The notes beneath the pieces were generated by a model. It had not been told where the DNA came from. It did not search any database and saw nothing but the letters and a program-made list of their open reading frames with translations. The position numbers and the translations under genes were made by a program. From a virus (taxonomy: Duplodnaviria; Caudoviricetes): a stretch of 64,000 nt of DNA. The DNA lies in the IMG/VR virus record IMGVR_UViG_2850126897_000005, positions 19,416-83,415 of that record, one strand, 5' to 3'. Below are positions 17,895 to 27,453 of the stretch, one piece after another; position 1 is the first letter of the stretch; each line of letters begins with the position of its first letter.

Positions 17895-19382
17895 ATGCCA
17901 ATTAAACAAACTCGATACGTTGATATCGCATCGGCGGTTATTGGCGCATCTGCTGTTCCGATGCGTAAATTAACCGGTCGCTTATTTTCCACTAACCCCA
18001 AAATTCCTGCAGGTAAAGTTTTAGAGTTTGCCAGTGGTCAAATAGATGATTTGCTGGGTGTTGATTCTCCCGAGGCCCACTTTGCACGACAATATTTTAG
18101 CTATGTCAGCCCTGCACCGGTGAGTAAGCCGAAGGAATTACAAATTGCGTCTTATGAGCCCGTCGGGCGAGCGCCTACGCTATTTGGGACAAAAGCCGCC
18201 GCATTAGCAGATTTAAAAATCATTGCGGATGGGACGCTATCAGTCACGATTGGTACCGTCACTAAAAGCTACAAAGACATTGATTTGTCCGAAGCGAAGT
18301 CTTATGCGGATATTGCGTCCACCATTCAAGCAAAACTCAATGCAGAAAGAGAACCTCAATTTTCCAGTAGCTACTTGACGTTTAATTCACTCGACAGCGC
18401 CTTTGAGCTGAGTGGCGGTGTGCAAGAACGCGCATCCATTAGTGTTGAATATTCGGTGCTGGCGAATGCCATGGGGCTGTCTTCCGGTACGGCATCTGAA
18501 GGTAACCCCGCACAAACGCCACTTGAAGCGTTTATGGTGGCAGAGCAGGTTTCCGATTCATTTGGTAGTGCGACATTCTTGGATGAGTTGACGTTAGAGC
18601 AAGTAGTGCCACTGGCGCAGTATGTTTCCGGTGAGAACGTCAAATACCAGTTGCACATTAGCGTGAGTGAAAAGCAGGTTGAAGATTTTAGCGCAGCGTT
18701 GATGGGAACGGCTTCGGTGGGGTTAAACCTCAAAACAGATACCAACTATTTTATTCAAGCCTTACCCATGGCCGTTATGGCGGCGACTGATTACGACCGC
18801 ACTAATGCCACGACAAACTACATGTTCCGTCAGTTAGGTGTGACGTTCCCTGCGCAAGTGACCACAGACAAAGCGGCTGACCGATTCGATAAGCTGCGCG
18901 TGAACTATTACGGTGAAACCGCGATAGCCGGCTCACAAATTCGTTTTTATCAGCGGGGCTTCTTGTGCGGTGGTGCGTCTAATCCACTGGATATGAGTGT
19001 TCACGCCAATGAGCAATGGTTAAAAGCCTATATTGCTCAGCAATGGTTTAACGTGTTGTTGGCCACACGCGGGGTTCCTGCGAATAAAGATGGTGAAGCG
19101 CGTGCGTTGATGGTGATTGCCGGTGCGGTCACCAAAGCGATAAATAACGGCACGATTTTAGCCGGTAAAACGCTGAGCGACGTGCAAAAGCTTGCTATTG
19201 CGGATGCGTCGGGTGATGACCTTGCGTGGTATGACGTACAGGATAAAGGCTATTGGTATAACGCGCAGATTGTTGAAAACACGGGTGAAAGCGACTTGCC
19301 TGAGTATGTCATGAAATACGTGCTGATTTACGGCAAAGGCGATTGGGTTCGTAAGGTCGAAGGCTCTCATAATTTAGTCTAG
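17895..19382 (+). CDS. Tail sheath (DUF3383 type)
   Basis: 495 aa before tube gene; NYMFRQ and NEQWLK motifs. Confidence 0.85.
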   Translation: MPIKQTRYVDIASAVIGASAVPMRKLTGRLFSTNPKIPAGKVLEFASGQIDDLLGVDSPEAHFARQYFSYVSPAPVSKPKELQIASYEPVGRAPTLFGTKAAALADLKIIADGTLSVTIGTVTKSYKDIDLSEAKSYADIASTIQAKLNAEREPQFSSSYLTFNSLDSAFELSGGVQERASISVEYSVLANAMGLSSGTASEGNPAQTPLEAFMVAEQVSDSFGSATFLDELTLEQVVPLAQYVSGENVKYQLHISVSEKQVEDFSAALMGTASVGLNLKTDTNYFIQALPMAVMAATDYDRTNATTNYMFRQLGVTFPAQVTTDKAADRFDKLRVNYYGETAIAGSQIRFYQRGFLCGGASNPLDMSVHANEQWLKAYIAQQWFNVLLATRGVPANKDGEARALMVIAGAVTKAINNGTILAGKTLSDVQKLAIADASGDDLAWYDVQDKGYWYNAQIVENTGESDLPEYVMKYVLIYGKGDWVRKVEGSHNLV

Positions 19383-19391
19383 GAGTAGAAC

Positions 19392-19844
19392 ATGCATGAT
19401 GTATCTGCAACCGGCTTGAGTTTTACCATTCAAGCCAGCAAAACCTTTCCCACTGGGATTTTAATTACCGCCTTTGCTGACGATGCTGACCCGCTGGATT
19501 TACCGGCTGTCGATATTGCGCAAACGGGTATGGACATTAACGGTAACTTGGTGAGTTGGTCCACACCGACACCACAAACCGTCACGATTAACGTATTGGC
19601 GGGCAGTGAAGAAGATCAAAACTTGTCTATTTTGCTCGAGGCGAATACCGCGAAAAAAGGGCGCCGACACGCAGGGGATATTATTACTTTTGTTGCGTCT
19701 TATGGCGATGGCTCAACGGTCACGGCGCGCAATGGCAAAATCACCAATGGTAGTCGTGGCAACTCAGCCGCCTCGGCAGGGCGTTTGAAATCTAAAGCCT
19801 ATACCTTTGTGTTTCAGGATTTCGACAGTACGCGTATCCGTTAA
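19392..19844 (+). CDS. Tail tube protein
   Basis: 150 aa after sheath; FADDADPLD motif. Confidence 0.8.
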   Translation: MHDVSATGLSFTIQASKTFPTGILITAFADDADPLDLPAVDIAQTGMDINGNLVSWSTPTPQTVTINVLAGSEEDQNLSILLEANTAKKGRRHAGDIITFVASYGDGSTVTARNGKITNGSRGNSAASAGRLKSKAYTFVFQDFDSTRIR

Positions 19845-19859
19845 TTTATTTCAATTTCT

Positions 19860-19881
19860 GGCGGGGTTTCCCGCCTTTTTT
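19860..19881 (+). terminator. Intrinsic terminator
   Basis: GGCGGG-gttt-CCCGCC followed by T6. Confidence 0.8.
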
Positions 19882-19894
19882 ATTGGTGTTTACC

Positions 19895-20353
19895 ATGATG
19901 ATTAAACCTAAAGAAGTCGCTATCAAAGACGTTGATGGCGTTGAAAAACTATTCATTATTAGTCGCCTACCCGCCACAGTCGGGCGTGAAATCCTAGCCA
20001 AATACCCGTTATCTAACGCCCCCAAAATTGGTGACTATGAGGTCAGCAAAGAGGCCATGCTCAAAATGATGGCCTATGTGTGTGTCACTATCGACGGTGA
20101 AGAAATCCCCCTTAAAACACAAACACTTATTGATAACCATGTGCCTGATGGCGAATCGTTGATCCGCTTAGAGTTGGAAATGTTGAAATATAACACCAGT
20201 TTTTTCGGCAACGACGGGAGCCAAGGTTTCCTCCACTTCCTGCTCAGCAAGGTAAGCGGTTCACTCCCGTCGATTATAAAAACGCTGATGGGTTCTTTGC
20301 CGTCATCGTCAGCGAACGCCTCGCCACCTTCACCGAACTCAAAACCTCAATAG
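19895..20353 (+). CDS. Tail assembly chaperone (G-like)
   Basis: Between tube and tape measure; contains in-frame slippery heptamer T TTT TTC at 20200-20206. Confidence 0.8.
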   Translation: MMIKPKEVAIKDVDGVEKLFIISRLPATVGREILAKYPLSNAPKIGDYEVSKEAMLKMMAYVCVTIDGEEIPLKTQTLIDNHVPDGESLIRLELEMLKYNTSFFGNDGSQGFLHFLLSKVSGSLPSIIKTLMGSLPSSSANASPPSPNSKPQ

Positions 20354-20436
20354 ATTTAGAAGAGGCAATGGACTTGTGGGAAATTGCCATCACTAACCGT
20401 TATAACGAAGCCCTTGCGGCTTCAAAGGATAGATAA
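20200..20436 (+). CDS. -1 frameshift extension of the tail chaperone (GT-like)
   Basis: -1 frame closed by TAA at 20191, open from the heptamer to TAA 20434-20436, which overlaps the TMP ATG. Confidence 0.78.
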   Translation, partial: FFRQRREPRFPPLPAQQGKRFTPVDYKNADGFFAVIVSERLATFTELKTSIDLEEAMDLWEIAITNRYNEALAASKDR

Positions 20437-22946
20437 TGTCATTAATGGATACCTTTGTGCAGGTCTTTGAGTTTGATACGAGGCAAGCGGATGGGGCATT
20501 TAAAAAGGTGCAACGTTCGACCGATGACATTATCGATGGTATGAAACAAACCCAACAGGCGGCGCAGCAAAGTTCACTGACCATCGGGAGTGTAATGACA
20601 GAGCTTTGGCAATCACTGCAGGGATTGTCGACCGAACATGTCATTCAGTTCACTACCAATGCCAGCGAGGTCAGTGCTGAGACAAGCCAAATCGTGGCTC
20701 GGTTAGATGCGGTGAGCTCATCATTAAGCACATTGGATGAGCAACGGCAAAATGCAGACGCAGCTTGGGTCTTTGCGGGGGATGCGCTAGGGGAGTGGGG
20801 GCAATCACTGCAAGCTGAAATCAGCCAACTGAAAAATGATCTCGGCTCGTTATCGGTGGGTGACCAAAAAAACGCATTAGAACAGGTAAAAGGCTCAGTC
20901 AGTGAGTATATTAATGAGCTGCAAAAAATCCCGACCACTACTGCCGATGGCGCCGCTGAAATTGAACGTGTGATGGCAGACTTACGCCAATCGGTGCAAG
21001 GCTTATCGATTGAACATTCGATTGATTTTGTCACTAATGCAGATGAGGTTATTGCCCAAACAGGCTCGGTTAAAACACAATTAGAGACAGTAACAGATTC
21101 GATGGCCAACCTTGAGGTACAGCGGTCAATATCTGATGCAGGCATGCAATCCACACAGGTTGTTTTGGGCGAACTTGATGCAAACTACCAGGCACTGCAG
21201 CAAAATGTTATTCAACTTAATCAAGGTGTCACCGACCTTACGTTAGCCGAACACCAAGGTATCACCGCGAAGCAACTGTCCAACGCCATTATTCAGGCAC
21301 TGCAAGGTAATTACAGCGAGTTAATTCGCCTTGTGGAGTCGATGAAAGTGAAGGGAATTGAAGCAGCGACCAGTGAAATTAAAGCTCAGCAATCCGTGCA
21401 AAAAGCCCTTGAGAATACCGAAACCAAATACCAGCAAGCGGGTAATACGGTCATGTCGTTTGCCAAAAAGGCATTGGGGGCGGTTGGCTTATTGATGGGG
21501 GCGACTGCCTTGGTGGGGGAATCGATTTCACGTTTGGCTGATATTGAAACCCTCGATAAACTGGGTAAAAAAATCAATGTAGCGACTGCCGATGTGGACG
21601 CTTTCGCGGGTTCAATGGCTGAACTGGGCGGTACGCGTGATGCGGCGCAAGCGGATTTATCCGCGATGGCCAAATCGTTTGGTTTTGCGAAAAATATCAT
21701 GGAAAAAGTGCTTCAGACTGCCGATAAAGTGCAGGGCATGAAGTTCGACAAAGCTAAGGCAACGCTTGCGGGGCTGGGCGTGACGGATGATAAAACCGTC
21801 GAGATGATGATGAAGGGACGCAAAGAGCTCGAGCGCATGATAGGCATTCAAAAAGAATACTCAGGTATTAACAAAGAGAGTATTGAACAATCCATCAAAT
21901 TCAACAAAGCCATGCAAGGCTTTAAGCAATCATCAGGTTTGCTGAAAAACAGCTTTCTTGAAATGGTGATCCCGATTTTAACCAAAGGGCTAGAGTGGGT
22001 TAACCGCTTTGTGAGCTTTTGCAAAGAAAACAAATCGCTCATTGTGGGGTTCTTTATTGCGATAGGTTCGGCTATTGCGGTGTTTTATGTGCCTGCCATG
22101 TTATCGGCGGCAGCCGCGACCTTGGCAGCAACATGGCCCATCTTGGCGATTATCGCGGTTATTGCCTTACTGGCTGCGGCGTTTGCCTTAGTTTATGACG
22201 ATATCATGAATTTTATTGATGGCAATGATTCGATGATAGGGCGTATTTTGGATGAATACCCCGAACTTAAAGCGGTCATTATTGCGCTGTGGGAAGCCTT
22301 TAAAGCCTTCTTTGATTTTGTCATCGCCTTGTCTCAGGTCGTCGCCGATGTGGCGGTGGCTGCTTTTCACTTTATTATTGATGGTGGCAAGCAGTTATGG
22401 GCATGGCTCACGGGGTTTATTCGCGATGTAGTGGATTGGGGCAAGCAATTTGAAGGCGTTTTTACGGTGGCTTCTGATGCCGTTGTAGGGATTTTTAAGT
22501 GGCTATGGGCGCAAATCAAACAGTATTTAGGTTGGATTAATGACGGCTTAGACGCGATTAAAAATGGTTGGAGCACTGTCAAAGGGGGGTTTGGTTTTGA
22601 GGATGCACAAATGACTCAAACGGTTGAACGCAGAGTCACGTCTGATGGCACGATAGAGCACCAAATTCCCGAACAGCCCAAGTTATCTGAAGAAGATACT
22701 GCATTGTTAGTAAAAGGACTGAGCCAACAAATTAACGGCATGTCGAACAATCCAATCAACTCGATAACCAGCCAAGCTATCAGTAATCAATCCAATACCA
22801 CCAATGAAACTAATTTGTCGATTGGTGAAATCAAAGTGGAAACCCAAGCGACGGATGCGCAAGGCATGGCCAGTGGCACGAAAGATGCGTTGCAATCCCA
22901 GCTACAAGATTTAGCCCATCAAACCAGTTCGGGGGTAAGCAAATGA
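20436..22946 (+). CDS. Tape measure protein
   Basis: 836 aa, helical Ala/Gln-rich with a hydrophobic stretch; follows chaperones. Confidence 0.88.
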   Translation: MSLMDTFVQVFEFDTRQADGAFKKVQRSTDDIIDGMKQTQQAAQQSSLTIGSVMTELWQSLQGLSTEHVIQFTTNASEVSAETSQIVARLDAVSSSLSTLDEQRQNADAAWVFAGDALGEWGQSLQAEISQLKNDLGSLSVGDQKNALEQVKGSVSEYINELQKIPTTTADGAAEIERVMADLRQSVQGLSIEHSIDFVTNADEVIAQTGSVKTQLETVTDSMANLEVQRSISDAGMQSTQVVLGELDANYQALQQNVIQLNQGVTDLTLAEHQGITAKQLSNAIIQALQGNYSELIRLVESMKVKGIEAATSEIKAQQSVQKALENTETKYQQAGNTVMSFAKKALGAVGLLMGATALVGESISRLADIETLDKLGKKINVATADVDAFAGSMAELGGTRDAAQADLSAMAKSFGFAKNIMEKVLQTADKVQGMKFDKAKATLAGLGVTDDKTVEMMMKGRKELERMIGIQKEYSGINKESIEQSIKFNKAMQGFKQSSGLLKNSFLEMVIPILTKGLEWVNRFVSFCKENKSLIVGFFIAIGSAIAVFYVPAMLSAAAATLAATWPILAIIAVIALLAAAFALVYDDIMNFIDGNDSMIGRILDEYPELKAVIIALWEAFKAFFDFVIALSQVVADVAVAAFHFIIDGGKQLWAWLTGFIRDVVDWGKQFEGVFTVASDAVVGIFKWLWAQIKQYLGWINDGLDAIKNGWSTVKGGFGFEDAQMTQTVERRVTSDGTIEHQIPEQPKLSEEDTALLVKGLSQQINGMSNNPINSITSQAISNQSNTTNETNLSIGEIKVETQATDAQGMASGTKDALQSQLQDLAHQTSSGVSK

Positions 22947-23470
22947 TCACCGAGGTGAAAATCTTCAATGTCGATAACTTTTCGACGTTATTTGAAACGG
23001 CCAATCCAATTCAAATTAACGTGCGTGACGAACACAAAGCAACACAATTTACCGTTGAGTCGGGGGAAACACGCAGTGACCATGTGGTAGTTCAGCCCGT
23101 TGAAATTGGCATGGATTTAATTTTAGCTGGCGAAATGAAAAGCGCCTTTGAAACCCTACAGCAAGCCTACGATAAACATCAGTTAGTGGGTATCCAAACG
23201 CGGGTGAAAACCTACCAACCGATGTTGTTAGTGAATCTCTATCACGATGAAATTCCAGAGATGACCGATGCGATTAAACTCTCGCTGCGCTTTAGTGAGT
23301 GGCGAACGGTTGAGCCAGAATATGGCGACCTGCCGCCCCGTAAGGTGGAAAAAAAAGAGCAATCGAGCACAGTGAATCGCGGGAAAGTGCAAACATCCAC
23401 GGTGCCAGAGAAAAAGAAAAAATCGGCAGCAACCAAAATTGCTGACGGTGAATTGACGTTAGGGTGGTAA
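22943..23470 (+). CDS. Baseplate/tail initiator protein
   Basis: Synteny after TMP; PVESG-like motif TVESGE. Confidence 0.65.
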   Translation: MITEVKIFNVDNFSTLFETANPIQINVRDEHKATQFTVESGETRSDHVVVQPVEIGMDLILAGEMKSAFETLQQAYDKHQLVGIQTRVKTYQPMLLVNLYHDEIPEMTDAIKLSLRFSEWRTVEPEYGDLPPRKVEKKEQSSTVNRGKVQTSTVPEKKKKSAATKIADGELTLGW

Positions 23471-23473
23471 TCC

Positions 23474-23767
23474 ATGCAAGAGATCCCTTTAAATGCCGTA
23501 CCTAATCAACGTTTGCGCGTGAGCCTTGGCGGTGATGAGTGGGAGCTGACGATTAAAGCGGCGCGAACAACAATGTGCTGCGATATCAAACGCAACGATG
23601 TGGTTTTACTGCAAGGCATTCGTGTGATGCCCAATCAACCGCTGATCCCCTACCGCTATTTATCAGGTAACGGTAATTTTGCCTTTATCACAGAAAATGA
23701 TGAATATCCGTGGTGGGCGCAATTTGGTCAATCGCAGTATTTGGTGTGGTGGGGTGAAAATGATTGA
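23474..23767 (+). CDS. Small baseplate protein
   Basis: Synteny; IPLNAVPNQ N-terminus. Confidence 0.65.
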   Translation: MQEIPLNAVPNQRLRVSLGGDEWELTIKAARTTMCCDIKRNDVVLLQGIRVMPNQPLIPYRYLSGNGNFAFITENDEYPWWAQFGQSQYLVWWGEND

Positions 23768-24575
23768 TTTACGCCGCATACGATTAGGGATTGAAGTTAA
23801 TGGTCGGCTGCAATGGTATGAAGGACTGCGTATTCGTGCCAACGGCACTAAATATGCCAATCCCCTGCAAAATGAATGCACGGTCAATATCGATGGCCTC
23901 AATGCGACAACACGCAATATGTTGCTGACCGAAACCAGCCCTTATACCCAAGCGAAGAAACCGCATCGTTTAATTGTCGAAGCTGGTCGTGTTAGCACCG
24001 GTATTTTTCGCATTTATGTCGGGGATATTGTTAGTGCAGAAATCGCCTCACCGCCGGATGTGAAATTGACCTTAAAAGCGAAAACCAACAATACAACCGC
24101 ACGTGATATTGTTTCTTCATCGGGTAGTGCCATAAGCAAAATGAGCGAGCTGGCTAAGAACATAGCGCAGGATTGCGGGGTTAAATTGGACTTTCAGGCC
24201 ACCGATAAAAATATTGCCAATTGGTATTTTTGTGGGCCGGCACTCAAACAAGTGGAACGACTGCAAGACACGGGCAATGTGAAAGCGTTTATTGACGATG
24301 ACATGCTGTATGTGAAAGACCAGGACAAAGCGTTAAGTGGCCGCTTGCGTATTCTGAACCAAAAATCGGGTATGGTCGGTATTCCTAAAGCCACTGAGAA
24401 GGGCGTCGATGTCACTTATTTAATTGATAGTGAGTCGTCATTGGGCGGCATATTACGCCTTGAAAGCAAGTTTAATCCCGCCTTGAATGGTGATTATATT
24501 ATTGAGCAACTTAAGTTTGATATAGCGTCTCACGACGATCCCTTCTTTTACCAAGCGACCTGCAAACGAGTGTAA
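23760..24575 (+). CDS. Baseplate hub protein
   Basis: Synteny; SGMVGIP motif; start set at ATG 23760. Confidence 0.7.
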   Translation: MIDLRRIRLGIEVNGRLQWYEGLRIRANGTKYANPLQNECTVNIDGLNATTRNMLLTETSPYTQAKKPHRLIVEAGRVSTGIFRIYVGDIVSAEIASPPDVKLTLKAKTNNTTARDIVSSSGSAISKMSELAKNIAQDCGVKLDFQATDKNIANWYFCGPALKQVERLQDTGNVKAFIDDDMLYVKDQDKALSGRLRILNQKSGMVGIPKATEKGVDVTYLIDSESSLGGILRLESKFNPALNGDYIIEQLKFDIASHDDPFFYQATCKRV

Positions 24576-24578
24576 ATC

Positions 24579-25271
24579 ATGAACCAACCCAATAATGATA
24601 TTGCTAGCGAAGGCAGCTTGGCAGGGCAGTTTATGGCTGCGTTTCGTAGCCTATTGATGAATATTGACGACATGCTCCCCGCGACGGTGGTGAGTTATGA
24701 CGATAAAACTAACCGCGCTGTGATTAAGCCACTCGTCATGATGGTATCGACGGAGGGGCAAAAAGTCGGGCGAGCGGCAGTGCTGAATATTCCTGTTTTC
24801 CGTTTTGGTGGCGGGGGCTTTTTTATCCGTATGCCGATCAAGGCGGGTGATTTCGGTTGGTTAAAAGCCAATGACCGTGATATCAGCTTAATCTTTCAGC
24901 GTGGCGGCTTAGAGGATGAACCGAATACGGCTCGTTTACATACCTTTAGCGATGCGATGTTTTTCCCTGACACACTTAAAGGCTGGTTGATTGATGGCAA
25001 AAATACGGATGCCTTGGTGATTCAGTCCATGGATGGCTCCGTATGTTTGTCACTGCATGAGGGTAAAGCGGTTTTAGATTCGCCCGTTCTTGAAGTCAAT
25101 GTGCCCGAAACCACGTTTAACGGCAATGTTACGGTTAATGGTAATCAGGCTATAAACGGTAACAGCGATTCAAACGGCGGTACGATGAAACACAACGGTA
25201 AAGATATCGGCTCAACACATAAACACAGCGGTATTCAAAGTGGTAATAGCAATTCAGGAGTCCCCGTATGA
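24579..25271 (+). CDS. Baseplate central spike (gp138/gpV-like)
   Basis: N-terminal OB-like region; C-terminal HKH metal-binding tip (STHKHSG). Confidence 0.82.
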   Translation: MNQPNNDIASEGSLAGQFMAAFRSLLMNIDDMLPATVVSYDDKTNRAVIKPLVMMVSTEGQKVGRAAVLNIPVFRFGGGGFFIRMPIKAGDFGWLKANDRDISLIFQRGGLEDEPNTARLHTFSDAMFFPDTLKGWLIDGKNTDALVIQSMDGSVCLSLHEGKAVLDSPVLEVNVPETTFNGNVTVNGNQAINGNSDSNGGTMKHNGKDIGSTHKHSGIQSGNSNSGVPV

Positions 25272-25612
25272 AGACATTTAATGTCAACAGCAGTAACGAC
25301 ATCCATCTTGGCAATGACGGAAACTTGTCGATTGTGAGTGGTGAACGGGCATCTAAAAACCGTTGTGAACATTATGCCAAAGCACTCCGCGGTGAAATGC
25401 TGCATAAGCTCGATATGGGGATTCCTTACTGGAAAACCACCTTTGGGCGACAGGCGGACATTCCGTTATTTGAAGCGGCGTTTCGTGACCGAATACGTGA
25501 CTTGGATGATGTGATATCGGTGGTGTCATTTTCGGCATTAATCGCAGATAACTCGCTGAACTATACCGCGGTGATCCAAACCATTTATGGGGAGATAACG
25601 CTTAATGGCTGA
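25268..25612 (+). CDS. Baseplate wedge protein (gp25/W-like)
   Basis: Between spike and J; LRGEM...GIPYW motif. Confidence 0.7.
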   Translation: MKTFNVNSSNDIHLGNDGNLSIVSGERASKNRCEHYAKALRGEMLHKLDMGIPYWKTTFGRQADIPLFEAAFRDRIRDLDDVISVVSFSALIADNSLNYTAVIQTIYGEITLNG

Positions 25613-26792
25613 TTATCAATATCTCACATCACAGGGTGTAATTGTGCCGGATACCAGCACCTTACGTGATGACGTTGAAAACGAATTTAAAAGTGTCTTT
25701 GGCCAGCAACTGGATGTTAACCCCGAAACCCCGCAAGGCGCATTGATCACCATGGAGGTCGAAAATCGGGACGCCGTTGTACGCAATAATGCAGAGTTGG
25801 CCAATCAAATTAACCCCGATTTAGCCGGTGGTATTTTCCTTGATGCAATATGGGCCTTAATGGGCGGGCAGCGTTTTGATGCGACCCACTCCTTTTTATC
25901 GCAGGTGAAATTCACTGGGATTGCCGAGACCATTATCCCCAAGGGGTCACAAGCAGCCACGCTGAATGGCGACTTATTCGAAACCACCAAAACTTTAATT
26001 ATCGGTAAAGATGGCTCAGTCACTGGGGATATGCGCGCCATTGAAACGGGAGCGATTGAGTGCGGTGTGGGCCAACTCAATAAAGTGGCCAGTTCGGTAT
26101 TAGGTTGGGAAACCGTTCATAACCCCAGCAATGCGGTGTTGGGTCGAGATGCCGAATCAGACCTACAATCAAGGCGACGACGTAAGCAGACACTAGCCAA
26201 AAACACCGTCAGTGTGGGAGAAGCGATTACTTCGGCACTGTATGAGTTAGAAGGGGTGCGTTCGTTAGCCTATCGAGAAAACTACACTGACCAACCGATG
26301 ATGTTTGATGGGATCACGTTAGTGCCTCATAGCATTTATGTGTGTGTTGAAGGGGGCGATAAAGAGGCAATTGCTCGTTCGCTACTGCGCACAAAAACGC
26401 TCGGTGCGGCTTTTAATGGCAGTGAAGAAGTGGAGGTATTGGAAAACATCAGCGGCCAAATTTATCCCGTTAAATTCGATAGGGCGAAAGAAATTGTGTT
26501 GTTCTGCCGAGTAACGGTGAAAAAAGCCACCGTCGATGCACAAACGATTATTCCCGCCGCGGTTGAGTCATGGGCAAATGGGGATATCGATGGCGAGGGC
26601 GGTTTAGTGGTGGGGCGCGATGTATCACCTTTCGAAATATCAGCCGGTATCAATGCCGTCGAGCCTCGGTTGTTTATTACACGTGTCGAACTTTCAACGG
26701 ATGGCAAAGCCTGGTCTTCAAATAATTATGAAATCAAAATGAATGAGGTGGCAAGGCTCAAACGCAGTGCGGTACAGGTGGTGTTGGTATGA
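25605..26792 (+). CDS. Baseplate J-like protein
   Basis: GRDAESDLQSRRR motif; 395 aa. Confidence 0.85.
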   Translation: MADYQYLTSQGVIVPDTSTLRDDVENEFKSVFGQQLDVNPETPQGALITMEVENRDAVVRNNAELANQINPDLAGGIFLDAIWALMGGQRFDATHSFLSQVKFTGIAETIIPKGSQAATLNGDLFETTKTLIIGKDGSVTGDMRAIETGAIECGVGQLNKVASSVLGWETVHNPSNAVLGRDAESDLQSRRRRKQTLAKNTVSVGEAITSALYELEGVRSLAYRENYTDQPMMFDGITLVPHSIYVCVEGGDKEAIARSLLRTKTLGAAFNGSEEVEVLENISGQIYPVKFDRAKEIVLFCRVTVKKATVDAQTIIPAAVESWANGDIDGEGGLVVGRDVSPFEISAGINAVEPRLFITRVELSTDGKAWSSNNYEIKMNEVARLKRSAVQVVLV

Positions 26793-27448
26793 GTAAAATT
26801 CAATCATTTGATTTTCACTCTGATTTATTAAAGGCGATCCTTTGGCAATATGAGGATGCGACAAACCTTAAGGCGTTAGCCAAGTACAAAGCGGACTATT
26901 TTGAACAATCCACAGTCCAGTTTTGGCGCGATTGGTACCGTGATGTGTTTAATATCGATACTGCGAACGAGTTTGGGCTAAATATTTGGGCGCGCATACT
27001 CGATGTGCCGTTGGGGATTGATGTCCCGCCTAGTGATAAAACGAAAATCGGCTTTGGTTTTGGTAAAAAGAACGCTAATTTTAAAGCCAACTTTCGGCGT
27101 AATGCCGATTACACCTTATCGCTGACAGTCGACCAAAAACGTCTCATCGTGCGTATGCGCTATTTTAACCTCACGCAAAGCCCAACGGTCACCAATATTA
27201 ATGAATTTCTTAAACGGTTCTTTTGGCAAGCCGACAGCAAAGTGTTTGTGCTTGATCCGCTGGATATGACCTATCTGTATTACGTGTTTAATTTCAACCC
27301 GGACGAACGTTTACGGGTTCTTCTTGAAAACTTTGATCTTATGCCTCGCCCATCGGGTGTGGGTGTCAAATACCGTATCGTGACAAAGAAAGCCTTCGGT
27401 CACGGTCAACATCGTAAAAACTTCCTTAGCAGTAATTTCGGAGCTTAA
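26789..27448 (+). CDS. Baseplate wedge protein (DUF2612 type)
   Basis: GLNIWARILDV and PRPSGV motifs. Confidence 0.8.
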   Translation: MSKIQSFDFHSDLLKAILWQYEDATNLKALAKYKADYFEQSTVQFWRDWYRDVFNIDTANEFGLNIWARILDVPLGIDVPPSDKTKIGFGFGKKNANFKANFRRNADYTLSLTVDQKRLIVRMRYFNLTQSPTVTNINEFLKRFFWQADSKVFVLDPLDMTYLYYVFNFNPDERLRVLLENFDLMPRPSGVGVKYRIVTKKAFGHGQHRKNFLSSNFGA

Positions 27449-27453
27449 AACTC

